Part shown: in pieces, positions 1 through 12,667 of the stretch
Layout of the letters: the number at the start of each line of letters is the position of its first letter
How positions within the stretch are numbered: the first letter of the stretch is position 1
NCBI GenBank assembly: GCA_951406725.2
Contig: OX597815.1
Location: 196,168,001-196,232,000, forward strand
Length of the DNA: 64,000 nucleotides
Source of the DNA: Octopus vulgaris
Taxonomy: Eukaryota
Direction of reading: 5' to 3'
Position numbers and translations under genes: made by a program
Notes under the pieces: generated by a model
Told to the model about the DNA's origin: nothing
Seen by the model: only the letters and a program-made list of their open reading frames with translations
The model's database searches: none

Positions 1-135
1 AGTTTGACGTTCGGGATGACGAGAAAGACTTTTACGTTTCGAGCCTACGCTCTTCAACGGAAAGGAACACGAGGAAATATACAGAGAGAGAAATAAAAAC
101 CAAAAACTTTTAGAGTTAGCGGTCAATCATGGCTG
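1..135 (-). mobile_element. Penelope-like terminal-repeat fragment with minimal hammerhead-like motif
   Basis: Minus strand reads CTTT-CCGTTGA-AGAGC-GTAG-GCTC-GAAAC-GTA-AAAG; similar to the termini at ~320-355, ~18465-18500 and ~21480-21515. Confidence 0.6.
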
Positions 136-147
136 TCAATATATATG

Positions 148-223
<76 letters not shown>

Positions 224-226
<3 letters not shown>

Positions 227-1300
227 AGGTTTCACAAAAAAAAACAACAAAAGACGAAGACAGTTGGTGTAGACAACAAACAGATGTATTTGTACAACGC
301 TCGGGAAGTGAAAAAGTCTTTAACGTTTCAAGCCTACGCTCTTCCGCAGAAAGGAACAGAGAAAGAAACAAGGAGAGAACATAAATAATGTGTTTTGGCT
401 AGCTATCTATCATGGCGAATGCCGGACAGAAGGGTCACACGGCAGAGCTAGGGAGAAGGGGAGATAATAAAGTAGTTGTGATCCCAAAACGAAGGTGCGT
501 CCGTGTGTATAAGAGAGTTTGTATGTGCATGTGGAAGAGGGCTGGTGATCTTGACGTGTGCGTGTGTGTATGTGTAGGTGTGAAAATGTGGGTCTGGGAA
601 GTGGTCAGTGCTGATGAGTGCGTGTTGAGATGTGATGTGTTGTGTGGTATACAAATACATATAGATACGTATGTACATACATATATAGATACATTTACAT
701 ATATACGTGTACACTTGTGGATTGTAAAGTTTCATGCTTATATTGTTATTCAGATACTGTTCTGTTTTAGTATATGAGGTTTAAACTCAGCGGTTTTAAT
801 CCGGATTGTTTGCTAAAGTTTGCTTTAGTTAGGCATGGCATAGATTGTAGTATGTGAATATGTTTTTAACTGTATGCACGCATCTGGGCAATTCTTCCGT
901 AAATTGTATAATGCGCTTCGTTGTTAACGATATGGAAAGTGACTCTACGGGACATAGATGGTATTTCCGGGATAACGTGTTAAAGGAACTCGCGTGTCTA
1001 ATAATGGACAAGGTTAGGTGATATTTTGCCTTCTCTTCATTTAATCCCCAGATAAAAATCAGCAACTGATATTACATGGCGTTTAAGGATTTTTCGAAAA
1101 CTGGTAATGTGGTTACGATATCGATTTTTAAAAATATCGGCCGATAAACCGATATATACATAGGAACCTGCTCTAGTTTGTACTGTGCAATTATACACCA
1201 AATTTCTGATCATGCAATGATTGTCCAAGGGACATTTGGATCTGTCTCTGCATGGGGATAACAGGATGGTTGTTTTGCTTGCTTGTGTTTAGCGATCGCT
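224..1300 (-). mobile_element. 5'-truncated Penelope-like retroelement (GIY-YIG endonuclease relic, 3' UTR, terminal repeat) ending at (TA)n
   Basis: Contains the endonuclease relic at 829-1260 and an HHR-like motif at ~317-354; the 3' end abuts the (TA)n tract at 140-223. Confidence 0.75.
829..1260 (-). pseudogene. Frameshifted GIY-YIG endonuclease of a Penelope-like element
   Basis: Translation CRDRSKCPLDNHCMIRNLVYNCTV...YVYIGLSADIFKNRYRNHITSF, then after a frameshift FIWGLNEEK...LSIIRHASSFNTLSRKYHLCPVE. This gives the VY...YIG...R...H pattern with an upstream Cys cluster. Confidence 0.85.
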
Positions 1301-1448
1301 AGATGAATTGCTTATATTCAGTATATTCGTGGTCATTGTTATCATAATAAAAGTCTAATACGAAATCCATCTCCTACTTTTAATTAACACTATATATATA
1401 TATTGTATATATTGTTGCGTTTTGTGAAATCGAATGTTAATTCCTGGC

Positions 1449-1597
1449 CAGTGTCTTCTACTATAGCCTCGGGCCGACCAATGCCTTGTGAGTGGATTTG
1501 GTAGACGGAAACTGAAAGAAGCCAATCGTATATATGTATATATATATATATATGCGTGTGTGTGTTTGTGTGTGTATGGTGTGTGTGTTTGTGTGTC
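1449..1597 (+). mobile_element. CORE-type SINE fragment (family A)
   Basis: gtgtcttctactatagcctcgggccgacc...ggaaactgaaagaagcc matches the full copy at 2622-3036. Confidence 0.8.
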
Positions 1598-1769
1598 AAT
1601 ATTTTGTCTGGATGCAAATGAACGCAACGAGAATGTAAGAGAAATAAAAAGAAAAGAAGAAGCAAAATATAAGGTGACTCTAAATTCATACTGAAGCAAA
1701 TAAAGTGAGAGATAACTCGATGTGTGTATGCGTATGTGTGTGTTAGTATTTGTGAGTGAGAGAGTGTTC

Positions 1770-2022
1770 GGTTTGTATATATGCAGGCGTAAACACTGAC
1801 AGTCAACACGTTGATAATATTGATATATGTGATGATGATGATGATGATGATGGTTGTGGTAGTGGTGGAAGTAGTGCTGAGAGTGACGATAGTGAGGTTG
1901 ATGACAACCACCACCGATGCTAAGATAGTGAGGATAGTGAAGTTGAAGTTTGTAATAGTCGTGGTTTGTATATATGCAGGCGTAAACACTGACAGTCAAC
2001 ACGTTGATGATATTGATATATG

Positions 2023-2075
<53 letters not shown>

Positions 2076-2122
2076 GTTGTGGTAGTGGTGGAAGTAGTGC
2101 TGAGAGTGACGATAGTGAGGTT
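1770..2122. repeat. Local direct duplication containing (GAT)n
   Basis: ggtttgtatatatgcaggcgtaaacactgacagtcaacacgttgat...(gat)n...gatagtgaggttg occurs at ~1770-1900 and ~1963-2122. Confidence 0.9.
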
Positions 2123-2137
2123 GGCGATAGTGAGGAA

Positions 2138-2367
2138 GGCGGCGAGCTGGCAATACCGTTAGCACGCCGGGCGAAATGCGTAGCTGTATTTCGTCTGTCG
2201 TTACGTTCTGAGTTCAAATTCCGCCGAGGTCGACTTTTCCTTTCATCCTTTCGGGGTCGATAAATTAAGTACCAGTTACGCACTGGGGTCGATGTAATCG
2301 ACTTAATCCGTTTGTCTATCCTTGTTTGTCTCCTCTGTGTTTAGCCCCTTGTGGGTAATAAAGAAAC
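2138..2367 (+). mobile_element. Meta-type SINE (family B)
   Basis: tRNA-like head with B box gagttcaaattcc; Meta-like core cctttcatcctttcggggtcgataaattaagtaccag; tail agccccttgtgggtaataaagaaa; flanked by repeated gatagtgagg. Confidence 0.85.
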
Positions 2368-2459
2368 GGATAGTGAGGTTGATTAATAGTCGTGGTTCTG
2401 CTAATTGCGCCAGTCAGTTGTGGTGGTGGTGGTGGTGGTGGTGGTGGTGGTGGTGATGG

Positions 2460-2490
<31 letters not shown>

Positions 2491-2621
2491 AAGTGGCGTT
2501 AGTGTTGGTGGTGGCGGTGGCGGCGGTAGTGGTGGCGGTAGTGGTGGTGGTTATGGTCTTCGACTTTTTGAATGATAAGAATTTACACGTATCATCACAA
2601 GGAAGAAATGAAAGTAAACAA

Positions 2622-3036
2622 GGCGCAGGAGTGGCTGTGTGGTAAGTAGCATGTTTACCAACCACATGGTTCCGGGTACAGTCCCACTGCGTGGTACCTT
2701 GGGCAAGTGTCTTCTACTATAGCCTCGGGCCGACCAAAGCCTTGTGAGTGGATTTGGTTGACGGAAACTGAAAGAAGCCCGTCGTATATATATATATATA
2801 TATATCGTATGTGTGTTTGTTTGTCTGTGTTTGTCCCCCTAGCATTGCTTGACAACCGATGCTGGTGTGTTTATGTCCCCCTTACTTAGCGGTTCGGCAA
2901 AATAAACCGATAGAATAAGTACTGGGCTTACATAAGAATAAGTCCCGGGGTCGAGTTGCTCGATTAAAGGCGGTGCTCCAGCATGGCCGCAGTCAAATAA
3001 CTGAAACAAGTAAAAGAGTAAAAGAGAGTAAAGAGT
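2622..3036 (+). mobile_element. Full-length CORE-type tRNA SINE (family A)
   Basis: A box tggctgtgtgg, B box ggt(t/a)cagtccc, CORE-like accttgggcaagt, internal (TA)/(TG) tract, tail ggcggtgctccagcatggccgcagtcaaat; 10-bp TSD aagtaaacaa at 2612-2621 and 3037-3046. Confidence 0.9.
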
Positions 3037-3690
3037 AAGTAAACAAGGAAAAAAAGTACAAAAAATATTAGTCAACAGTTTATTGGTACTGGTGGCTGGA
3101 ACAATTTAGTACTGATGCTAGAGAACTTAAATGGTTCCGTCAAAAGATTTATATGTCTGAGTACATAAGTCGATGTACTGATTTCGTTAGTGTTTTATTT
3201 TCTCGCGGAATGAAACAATAGCATAAACATTGTAACTAATAATATTAACAAAATCTTAGAAGGAAATAAGTGTATATTAATATGTGATAAATAAAATATA
3301 TAATGTAAAATGAAAAATAATGGGAAGTAATTTAAGGGATAAAGAAATTAAGAAGTAAGAGTGATAGACACGGCGTAAAATAAATAAAGAAAAAGCGTTA
3401 AATGAAAATAAAAGTAAGATTAAAAATGAAAACAAGAAATGAATTAATAAGAAAGTATTATTAAGTATTTATTATCAGATAAACGTCAGTGTTATTATCC
3501 GAAATAAAACGTTCTTTATAAAATTCTGCAATAGAGATAAATATCCAGAGAACAATACACCGATTCTTAAAATCAGAACAGAAAATAAGAAGATAGAAAA
3601 AAAAAAATGTAAAAATCATATAAGAAAATACAGTAGAATCTGAAATGGTAAAGCTAAAATTACTGTTAAGAAGTCCGATATATGAATATT

Positions 3691-4077
3691 GGTGGAAGCA
3701 CTCCGTCGGTTATGACGACGAGGGTTCCGGTTGACCCGAATCAACGGAACAGCTTACTCGTGAAATTAACGTGTAAGTGGCTGAGCACTCCACAGACACG
3801 TGTACCCTTAACGTAGTTCTCGGGGATATTCAGCGTGACACAGAGAGTGACAAGGCCGGCCCTTTGAAATACAGGTACAACAGAAACAGGAAGTAAGAGT
3901 GAGAGAAAGTTGTGGTGAAAGAGTACAGCAGAGATCACCACCATCTCCTGCCGGAGCCTCGTGGAGCTTTAGGTGTTTTCGCTCAATAAACATTCACAAC
4001 GCCCGGTCTGGGAATCGAAACCGCGATCCTATGACCGCGAGTCCGCTGCCCTAACCACTGGGCCATTGCACCTCCAC
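3691..4077 (-). mobile_element. tRNA-headed SINE family C, long-tail form
   Basis: Head ggaggtgcaatggcccagtggttagggcagcggactcgcggtc...gtttcgattccc; TSD atatgaatatt at 3680-3690 and 4078-4088; close copy at 23679-24050. Confidence 0.9.
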
Positions 4078-4213
4078 ATATGAATATTATGATGTAGCAT
4101 GCATACAAAAATGCAATGTTCATAGTTGATAAAAGTTGTAGAAATTGGAGGGAAGGTCTCTATAAGAAATATTAGTTCAATGCTGTGCCTTTTTTATGTA
4201 CACTCTCACTTTA

Positions 4214-4426
4214 GTCTCTTTTACTTGTTTCAGTCATTTGACTGCGGCCATGCTGGAGCACCGCCTTTAGTCGAGCAACTCGACCCCGGGACTTATTCTT
4301 TTGTAAGCCCACTACTTATTCTATCGGACTCTTTTGCCGAACCGCTAAGTAACGGGGACATAAACAGACCAGCATCGGTTGTTAAGCAATGCTAGGGGGA
4401 CAAACACAGACACACAAACACACACA

Positions 4427-4464
<38 letters not shown>

Positions 4465-4578
4465 CATGATCACCATGACCGACCAGGCTATCAGATGATG
4501 CTACACATCGCTGGTCACAATGCACTTTGCATTGTTTTAGCCTTCAAGTGACGCCACCCCACTGGCTAAGCGAGCAGG

Positions 4579-4622
<44 letters not shown>

Positions 4623-4783
4623 ACGGGCTTCTTTCAGTTTCTGTCTACCAAATCCACTCACAAGACTTTGGTCGGCCCGAGGCTATAGTAGAAGACACTT
4701 GCCCAAGGTGCCACGCAGTGGGATTGAACCCGGAACCATGTGGTTGGTAAACAAGCTACTTACCACACACCTAATCCTGCGCA
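4214..4783 (-). mobile_element. CORE-type SINE (family A) with nested insertion
   Basis: Reverse complement of 2622-3036; its internal (TA)n is interrupted by 4461-4582. Confidence 0.9.
4461..4582 (-). mobile_element. Retroposon 3' tail (possibly RTE-type) inserted in (TA)n
   Basis: Matches the tail of the SINE at 25670-25785 (ttggcc...cgcttagccag...ggctaaaacaatgc...catctgat). Confidence 0.65.
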
Positions 4784-5113
4784 AATATTATTGAAAACTA
4801 CGAGAGTCACGTAAATAAATTCTGTATGTTTGTGTGTATTTATGCCTGGTATGTTGCCTAAAGTAGCAAATCAGAATATTTTAAATGCACACCAGTGTAG
4901 GCAAATACGGAGATGCGTCGTAGTTTCAAATTTAAATGATTGTCCAATGACGTGTTTTAACAGAGAATGTCAATATATCGATATATCGAAATCAGTAATC
5001 ACACATACACAAACATACAAACGAACATACAAACGAACATATGTAAGCATGCATAGAGAGTCAGAGAAAAAGACTTACATACGTACAGACAGAGAAACAG
5101 ACATAAATGCAAG

Positions 5114-5150
<37 letters not shown>

Positions 5151-5327
5151 AGAGAGAGAAAGAGCACCTGTGAGGGAAAGGAGAACGAGCATGTAAAGGC
5201 CCCTGCATATTCCTCTCTATATATGTATATGCATATATATGTATACACATAGCGTGGGTTTCCCTAACTCTTTCTCTTATATATATTTCTCACTCTCACT
5301 CTGCCTTTTCTTTCTCTTTCCCTCTCC

Positions 5328-5373
<46 letters not shown>

Positions 5374-5720
5374 TGGAACAGACACATACACACTCGCACT
5401 TACAAATGAGGAGGAAGTGGAGGGTGAGTGGGGTAAAAGAAAACAAAACCTGTGCAGCTGTAGACGTGAAATAACATGAAGTATAAATGTATGCTTATTT
5501 TGAGATATAAGTTGTTGCTAGAGCTCAAAATATGACGAGGAATTCAGGTAATGTAAGGGAGGGAGAGAAGAAGAAGAAGTGGAATAAGTACATGAACAAG
5601 CTAAAGAATTAGGAAGACAAATAGCTTGTTTGTTAAGCAACATATATTGGTCATTTACTTACAAACAGCCGAAATTAAAGTTAACTATATCAGCAGAAGC
5701 AAAGCCAACATGGCAGAAAA

Positions 5721-7048
5721 ATATAAAGTTATAAAAATAAACATGCATTGCTGGCTACGAGTTAAATAATTATTTTGAAGAGTGTACGACTGAATAAAAT
5801 CTTTGAGAAGATTTGCCACCTCAACTTTGGCTGAACCGTTAGCGCGCCGGGCGAAATGCTTTGCGGTATTTCGTCTGTCGTTACGTTCTGAGTTCAAATT
5901 CCGCCGAGGTCGACTTTGCCTTTCATCCCTTCGAGGTCGATAAAATAAAGTATCAGTTTCGCACTGGGGTCGATGTAATCGACTTAAACCGTTTGTCTGT
6001 CCTTGTTTGTCCCCTCTATGTTTAGCCCCTTGTGGGTAGTAAAGAAATAGGTATATTATGAGAGATTTTGTTGTATAATAATCTTTTGTTCAGTACCTAC
6101 CTAAGAGCTGAGTAAATGGTTATAGGTTTTGCAAAACAAAGACGAACAGGATTTAGATAATGTAAAACCCAACATAGAAAGATAAGGATTTATTTATAAA
6201 TGTTAATGTATATCGCTTATAAATAGAGAAAAAAACTACATATAACAACCGACCTATCGGTGCTGTGTGCCCTAGTCACCTAATAATTACATATAAAGTA
6301 ATAATTAGTAATTAAATATAAAGTTATAAAATAAACATGCATTGCTAGTTATGAATTAAATGATTATTTTGAAGAGTGTACGACTGAATAAAATCTTTGA
6401 GAAGATTTGCCACCTCAACTTAGTTTAGAATGTTGGTATATTATGAGAGACTTTATTGTATAATAATCTTTTCTTCAGTACCTACGTAAGAGCTGAGTAA
6501 ATGGTTATAGGTTTTGCAAAACAAAGACGAACAGGATTTAGATAATGTAAAACCTAACATAGAAAGATAAGGATTTATTTATAAATGTTAATGTATATCG
6601 CTTATAAAGAAAAAACTACATATAACAACCGACCTATCGGTGCTGTGTGCCCTAGTCACCTAATAATTACATATAAAGTAATAATTAGTAATTAAATATA
6701 AAGTTATAAAATAAACATGCATTGCTAGCTACGAGATAAATAATTATTTTGAAGAGTGTACGACTGAATAAAATCTTTGAGAAGATTTGCCAACGCAACT
6801 TAGTTTAGTATGTTGGTATATTATGAGATATTTTATTGTATAATAATCTTTTGTTTAGTACCTACGTAAGAGCTGTGTAAATGGTTATAGGTTTTGCAAA
6901 ACAAAGACGAACAGGATTTAGATAATGTAAAACCCAACATAGAAAGATAAGGATTTATTTATAAATGTTAATGCTTATAAATAGCGAAGAAACTACATAT
7001 AACAACCGACCTATCGGTGCTGTGTGTCCTAGTCACCTAATAATTACA
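5721..7048. repeat. Tandem triplication of a ~380-bp unit
   Basis: Units start at atataaagttataaa at 5721, 6316 and 6696; unit 1 is interrupted by a SINE; unit 3 is slightly short. Confidence 0.95.
5829..6049 (+). mobile_element. Meta-type SINE (family B) inside repeat unit 1
   Basis: Same sequence as 2138-2367; absent from units 2 and 3. Confidence 0.9.
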
Positions 7049-7670
7049 TGGCTTTAGTTTCTACAGCTTAAGACATTTGACTCACATACTGACCCAGTCG
7101 ACCATGTTGGAAATGGAACTATTGCGAAATAAGCCAACTACACACACTCTCTCTCTTCCTCCCACTTTATCTCTCTTATTCCCTGTGTTTCTCTTTCTTT
7201 TGCTCTTGCGTATGTGTGTACAATCTAAGTACATATGTATGTATATGTTCAAATATATGCATACACATACTTCCACAATACGCACAAATCATACACACAT
7301 ACACACAGATTAGTGGTTGTTTTTATGTCAAATTATACATAGATAAAAGAAAACAATTTGAACTTGAACTTAAGGATTACTCAACACCGTTCAGTAAAGT
7401 ACATATATATTTCACAGCTTGACATGGCAATCAAGCCCAGACTTCGAATTCTCTCCCAACTTTTTCCTCGTAAATGTCAACATGTATACATACACACACA
7501 CGTACATATTTTTACGTTGCTTTAGTAATAACAGCAAAATATAATCAACAAACAGACGACAACAGAATTGTTTCCGTAAAATGGAAGAGACGGTACAACT
7601 AGATGTGCACAGCCACAGGTCTAATTTTGATGATTCCCAATAGAAAAATGATAAAAAGATCAGGTTTTGC

Positions 7671-7805
7671 ACTCTACGGAACATAGATGGCATTTCCGGG
7701 ATAATGTGTTATAGGAACTCGCGTGTCTAATAATGGACAAGATTAGGTGATATTTTGCCTTCTCTTTATTGAACCCCCAGATAAAAATCACTGTCGTTTA
7801 AGGAT
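7671..7805 (-). pseudogene. Second fragment of the PLE GIY-YIG C-terminal region
   Basis: ctctacggaacatagatggcatttccgggataatgtgtt...ccagataaaaatca aligns with 943-1061. Confidence 0.85.
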
Positions 7806-7930
7806 CTACACACACATATTTTTGCGCTGCTTTAGTAATAACAGCAAAATATAATCAAGAAACAGATGATAACGGAATTGTTTCCGTAAAATGGAAGAGG
7901 CAGTACTAGACGTGCACAGGCATAGGTCTA

Positions 7931-8529
7931 TTTCTTTTACTACCCACAAGGGGCTAAACACAGAGGAGACAGACAAGGACAGACAAACAGATTAAGCCGA
8001 TTACATCGATCCCAGTGCGTAACCGGTACTTATTTAATCGACTCCGAAAGAATGAACGGCAAAGTCGACCTCGGCGGAATTTGAACTCAGAACATAGCGG
8101 CAGACGAAATACCTATTTCTTTACTACCCACAAGGGGTTAAACACAGAGAGAACAAACAAGGACAGGCAAACGGATTAAGTCGATTATATTGACCCCAGT
8201 GCATAAGTAGTACTTATTTAATCGACCCCACAAGGATGAAAGGCAAAGTCGACCTCGGCGGAATTTGAACTCAGAACGTAAGGGCAGACGAAATACCTAT
8301 TTCTTTACTACCCACAAGGGGCTAAACACAGAAAGAACAAACAAGGACAGACAAACGGATGAAGTCGATTATATTGACTCCAGTGCATAAGTAGTACTTA
8401 TTTAATCGACCCCACAAGGATGAAAGGCAAAGTCGACCTCGGCGGAATTTGAACTCAGAACGTAACGGCAGACGAAATACTGCGTAGCATTTCGCCTGGC
8501 GTGCTAACGTTTCTGCCAGCTCGCCGCCT
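7931..8529 (-). mobile_element. Head-to-tail trimer of Meta-type SINE
   Basis: Three successive bodies but only one complete head; 18-bp TSD tgcacaggca(t/c)aggtcta at 7913-7930 and 8530-8547. Confidence 0.9.
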
Positions 8530-9958
8530 TGCACAGGCACAGGTCTAATTTTGACGATTCCCAATAGAAAAATGACGAAAGGATTAGGTTTTCCACAAGT
8601 AATATTCACGCTGTTGTTTGCCTTTATTGTGATGTGACACTTACAAGAAACAGATGCACACATCCATATACACGCACACATACTCCCCCGCTCTCTCTCT
8701 CTCTCTGTCTCTCTCTGTCCGTCCGTCTATCTTTCTCTTTCCATGGTAACTTCTGTTGAAACTCCTGTGAGTATGACGTAATCTTCAGCTGCCTCCAGCT
8801 GTCCTCTGTTGACCGTTTCGCTTGGAAAGTTAATCTCACTGATCAAGCTCACGTTCAGTGTATTTTACACAGCAGGGGTGTTTGACTGGCAGATATCTAG
8901 CTTTCTTGGCTTAAATCAGTCATCATATGTATGGATACTGCGATGACCGAATTTTAGTTAAATCAAAATAGAATACCTCTAAGTTAACTATGTGACGTGT
9001 TATGATTTACAGTTTATGACCTGTCATCGTACATTTGTAACTGGTATTGCATTTTATTATTTAATTAAAGTAATGCAGTATATGTTTAGTTGTTGACACT
9101 TTCTGTTAATAGTATTTTCTGACAAAGAGGCAGCTATATTTTAGGCTTCATTTTTAACAATGAAATATCTGCTATGAATATTTTTAACAATGAAATATCT
9201 GCTATGAATATTTGCTGATTACCTTTTTCCGCTTTTAGACTGCTTTGGTTAATTTTAAAACACCAATGAGAGCTCGTCAAATAGATCGGTGTCAAAATCA
9301 GTAACGTTGACACAAACGTAGGGAAAATAGATTGAATGATTCATAACTATTAAAGCAACAACTAAATTATATGCTACATTTATATATTTCAATCAATGGA
9401 GAAAGAAAATGAGAGAGAGAGAGAGAGACAAGTAAGGTGAGGCTATTATTATAAATGAGAAGTTGTCAAACTGAATTTGGGTTGGATTACTCGAGTGCAC
9501 ACGCATGTCAATAAGTATTTGATTTCACGTTCGGATGCGGTTTGAAAATCATCTATAGGGTAACCTTCTTTCGTAGTAATAATTTCACGTTTGTTAAATA
9601 CAACTGAAGATGATAATAAATGAATTTATGCAATAAGCACATTATAGAGCAGCGAAGATAATAAATTTTAGTCTCTGTGTGTGTAAAATTGTTACAGCGT
9701 TGAAATTAACTATAGCATGAAAACTAAGCTTTATTTTTAAACTTAAATGTAAAATAGGTAAATATAAAAAGAAATAACAGCACTGTCATCAAATATCCCC
9801 ACTGATATATACTCAAACATCATCCTAAGAAGAAGAATACATCTCTGGGGATAGTATGTATGCATGTATGTATGTATGTATGTATGTATGTATGTATGTA
9901 TGTATGTATGTATGTATGTATGTATGTATATATATATGTATATATATATGTATATATA

Positions 9959-10015
<57 letters not shown>

Positions 10016-10016
<1 letters not shown>

Positions 10017-10200
10017 CATGAACAAAGCGAGGACGTGGAACAAATATAGTGTTATTGGATGCTCGGGAAAGGAAAGAAAGAAGGAAGGAGTTAACCTTTC
10101 GAGCGGAGCTCTTCCTCAGAAACATAGAAAAAGGAAAGGTCCAAGGAAGGGAAGACGGAGAAAGAAAATCGCCAACGATACACACGCGGTCACATATTGA
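10016..10200 (-). mobile_element. PLE-type terminal repeat with minimal HHR-like motif, abutting (TA)n
   Basis: Minus strand reads GTTT-CTGAGGA-AGAGC-TCC-GCTC-GAAA-GGTTAAC; homologous to 27696-27830 and 34866-35068. Confidence 0.65.
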
Positions 10201-10471
10201 GATGGAATATATAATGAAATATATATATAGTCTGGATTACGTTTTACTGATGTTTGTTAGGTGTATCTGTGTCGTCAAACTCATATCTGAATTGATCTAT
10301 TTACATGTATTTCGAAGTGCCTACTTTATAAATCTGTACTAATTTATGAATGTTTTTATGTATATCAGTAAGTCTATACGAAGATGTGTGCTTCTAATGT
10401 GGGTGCGTGAATATGTTTATGTCTCTGTATAGGTCCATCTGCACACATTTACGTACGAATTTACATATATA

Positions 10472-11039
10472 CGAGGGTGAGTCAAAAAGTAATGCCATTT
10501 TGTTTAGGACAGGTATAATTACCAACACAGGAACGTGTATCATACATCGAAATGAAGCTGGTCCTCTGTGAAACACATCCCTACTTCTCAATATAGTCAT
10601 CGTTTCTCTCAATAGCAATGTTTCACCTTCGAATGAGAGCATGTATCCCTGCCCCCTAAAATTCTGTTGACTGTTCTTTGAGCCACTTCTTCACTACAGT
10701 TTTCACTTCCTCGTCACTGGAATAATTTAGCGCCTTAAGATTATCATCTCTTCGGTCCCATGAAAGAGGATTTGAGAGGCAAGCATTATTCCAGTGACAA
10801 GGAAAGGAAAACTGTAGTGAAGAATTGGCTCGAAGAACGGTCAACAGAATTTTAAGGAGCTGGGACACATGCTCTCATTCGAAGGTAAAACGTTGCTATT
10901 GAGAGAAACGGTGAATATGTTGAGAAGAAGGAACGTGATCCACAGGGGACTAGCTTCATTTTGATGTATGATAGACGTTCCTGTGTTGGTAATTATACCT
11001 GTCCTAAACAAAATGGCATTACTTTTTGACTCACCCTCT
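10472..11039. mobile_element. Mariner-derived foldback MITE
   Basis: TA-cgagggtgagtcaaaaagtaatgcc...ggcattactttttgactcaccctct-TA; ~250-bp inverted arms, each encoding a mariner transposase C-terminus (YSSDEEVKTVVKKWLKEQSTEF). Confidence 0.9.
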
Positions 11040-12228
11040 TATTTTTATTTATTTGAATGCTCGTAGGTATAGATATGTGTGAATACAAAGACTCACGTGA
11101 GTACATACTGAAGTGTCTGATTTTATGTCTACGTATATATACATGTGTGCGTATATTCTAGTTTTTTTTAAAAAATGATTTATATACGCATTTCCTTTTT
11201 AAGAGAGGTTTCCACCCTCAAACTGTATCATATATGGTTCTGCATACACCTAAGTGTTTGCATTTAGATGTTTTCCGCGATGAACATACACATCATTTTA
11301 ATGACACCCACAAAGCTATAGGATGTCACACGAATACTCTGCTTTGATTGCAGAGCTATTCATTGCAAAAACAGCTGTAAGCCAAGGAAAGTGTTAAGTA
11401 AATCCTGTTCTTTTGTTGTTCATTAATTGACATTACATTCTTTTAATAAGATAATAACAGTATAATAGGAAAAGACGTAAGATGTATAAAAAGCTGTCCA
11501 CAGCATCTCTGGTAACAAATGGCTAATTTGGCTAGTTTAACATCTGACAACTGTACTACAGTTAGTGGCGTTCAAACAAGATGTATATAAATACATTCTT
11601 TAAATATAATCTGTGTTAGCGGATGTTATGTAAGAATCAATTGCGGCTTTCAACCAACAGCTTCCATTTGGCTCCTATCTTCCAATAGGTTACTAGGTCA
11701 AATTCGTCTAGTTGCAGTACTATTATATCATGCTATTTAACATTAAAGACTAACAAATTGAACTTTTGTTCGAAAGCGTTAGCTAAAACTACATTCAGTG
11801 ACTTGATAATTTAAATGCTTAATTGAACGTAAAACTGACTTTTGATAGTAGCCATAATCAATGTTATTGTTTTCTAAAAGTATATGGTTGTAAATATAAA
11901 AAAAAAAGAGGAAAGAGGTTAATTAGTAAATAACTTATGATATAAGTGACGGAGTAACATTTTCAAAATTAGCTAGTGATTAAATAAGTTTTAAGAATAT
12001 ACAATTACATGAATTTATTAAATTATTAATGGGTAAGTGGAAATATTACAAACATATCAGTGTTGAAAATATTAATCTCATACTCGCCCGCTGCAGGGAA
12101 AAGAGAGCAAATGTATTTTGGTGGTAAAACACTAACGGTTTATTCTCTAATAACAGCATAAACTTATGATCGAGTTCCTGTTTTTGTTTACACTGATTTA
12201 AATCCCTGCTGTCATTAGAAGCGTATTA

Positions 12229-12667
12229 GGTTCTTTTCGGTTTGAACGGCAGTTTTTAAAAAAATAATTGCCACGTAACTAAACACTTTTAAACTTCGCA
12301 TACTGGTAGAATGTATTTATAAAACATCTTTTTCTCTTGGTTTCATTGAGAAAATTCTATAGTTTGTAGGATATTTGTTGTTGTTTTTTTCTTCAATTTC
12401 TGCAATTTCTACCAATCAATGACGTCTATTGAGGTAAAAGAACATTCTGTGCCGTATGAATATGTCCCTCGTTTAAGAAACAGATTGGGTTTATTTACAT
12501 TTCTGAAGAAAAAAAGATACCCTTCCCCCACCCCTAACCCTAACCCTAACTAATCCTAACCCTAAAACAGATTGAAATGCAATAGATCGATACTAGGGTC
12601 ATAATTATGGTTGAAAATTTCATATGACACCGCTAGAAAAAAACTGCCGTTCAAACCGAAAAGATCT
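12229..12667. mobile_element. Non-autonomous TIR DNA transposon (Merlin-like) with internal (CCCTAA)n
   Basis: ~28-bp TIRs (tcttttcggtttgaacggcagttttt); 8-bp TSD gcgtatta/gcatatta at 12221-12228 and 12668-12675. The superfamily is inferred only from the 8-bp TSD and 5'-GG. Confidence 0.8.

Noticed and set aside
2622-2695. tRNA-like sequences at SINE heads
   Set aside because: A/B boxes continue into SINE bodies with TSDs; these are not tRNA genes.
12532-12565. Telomere or chromosome-fusion scar
   Set aside because: A short, single-orientation tract inside a TSD-bounded transposon.
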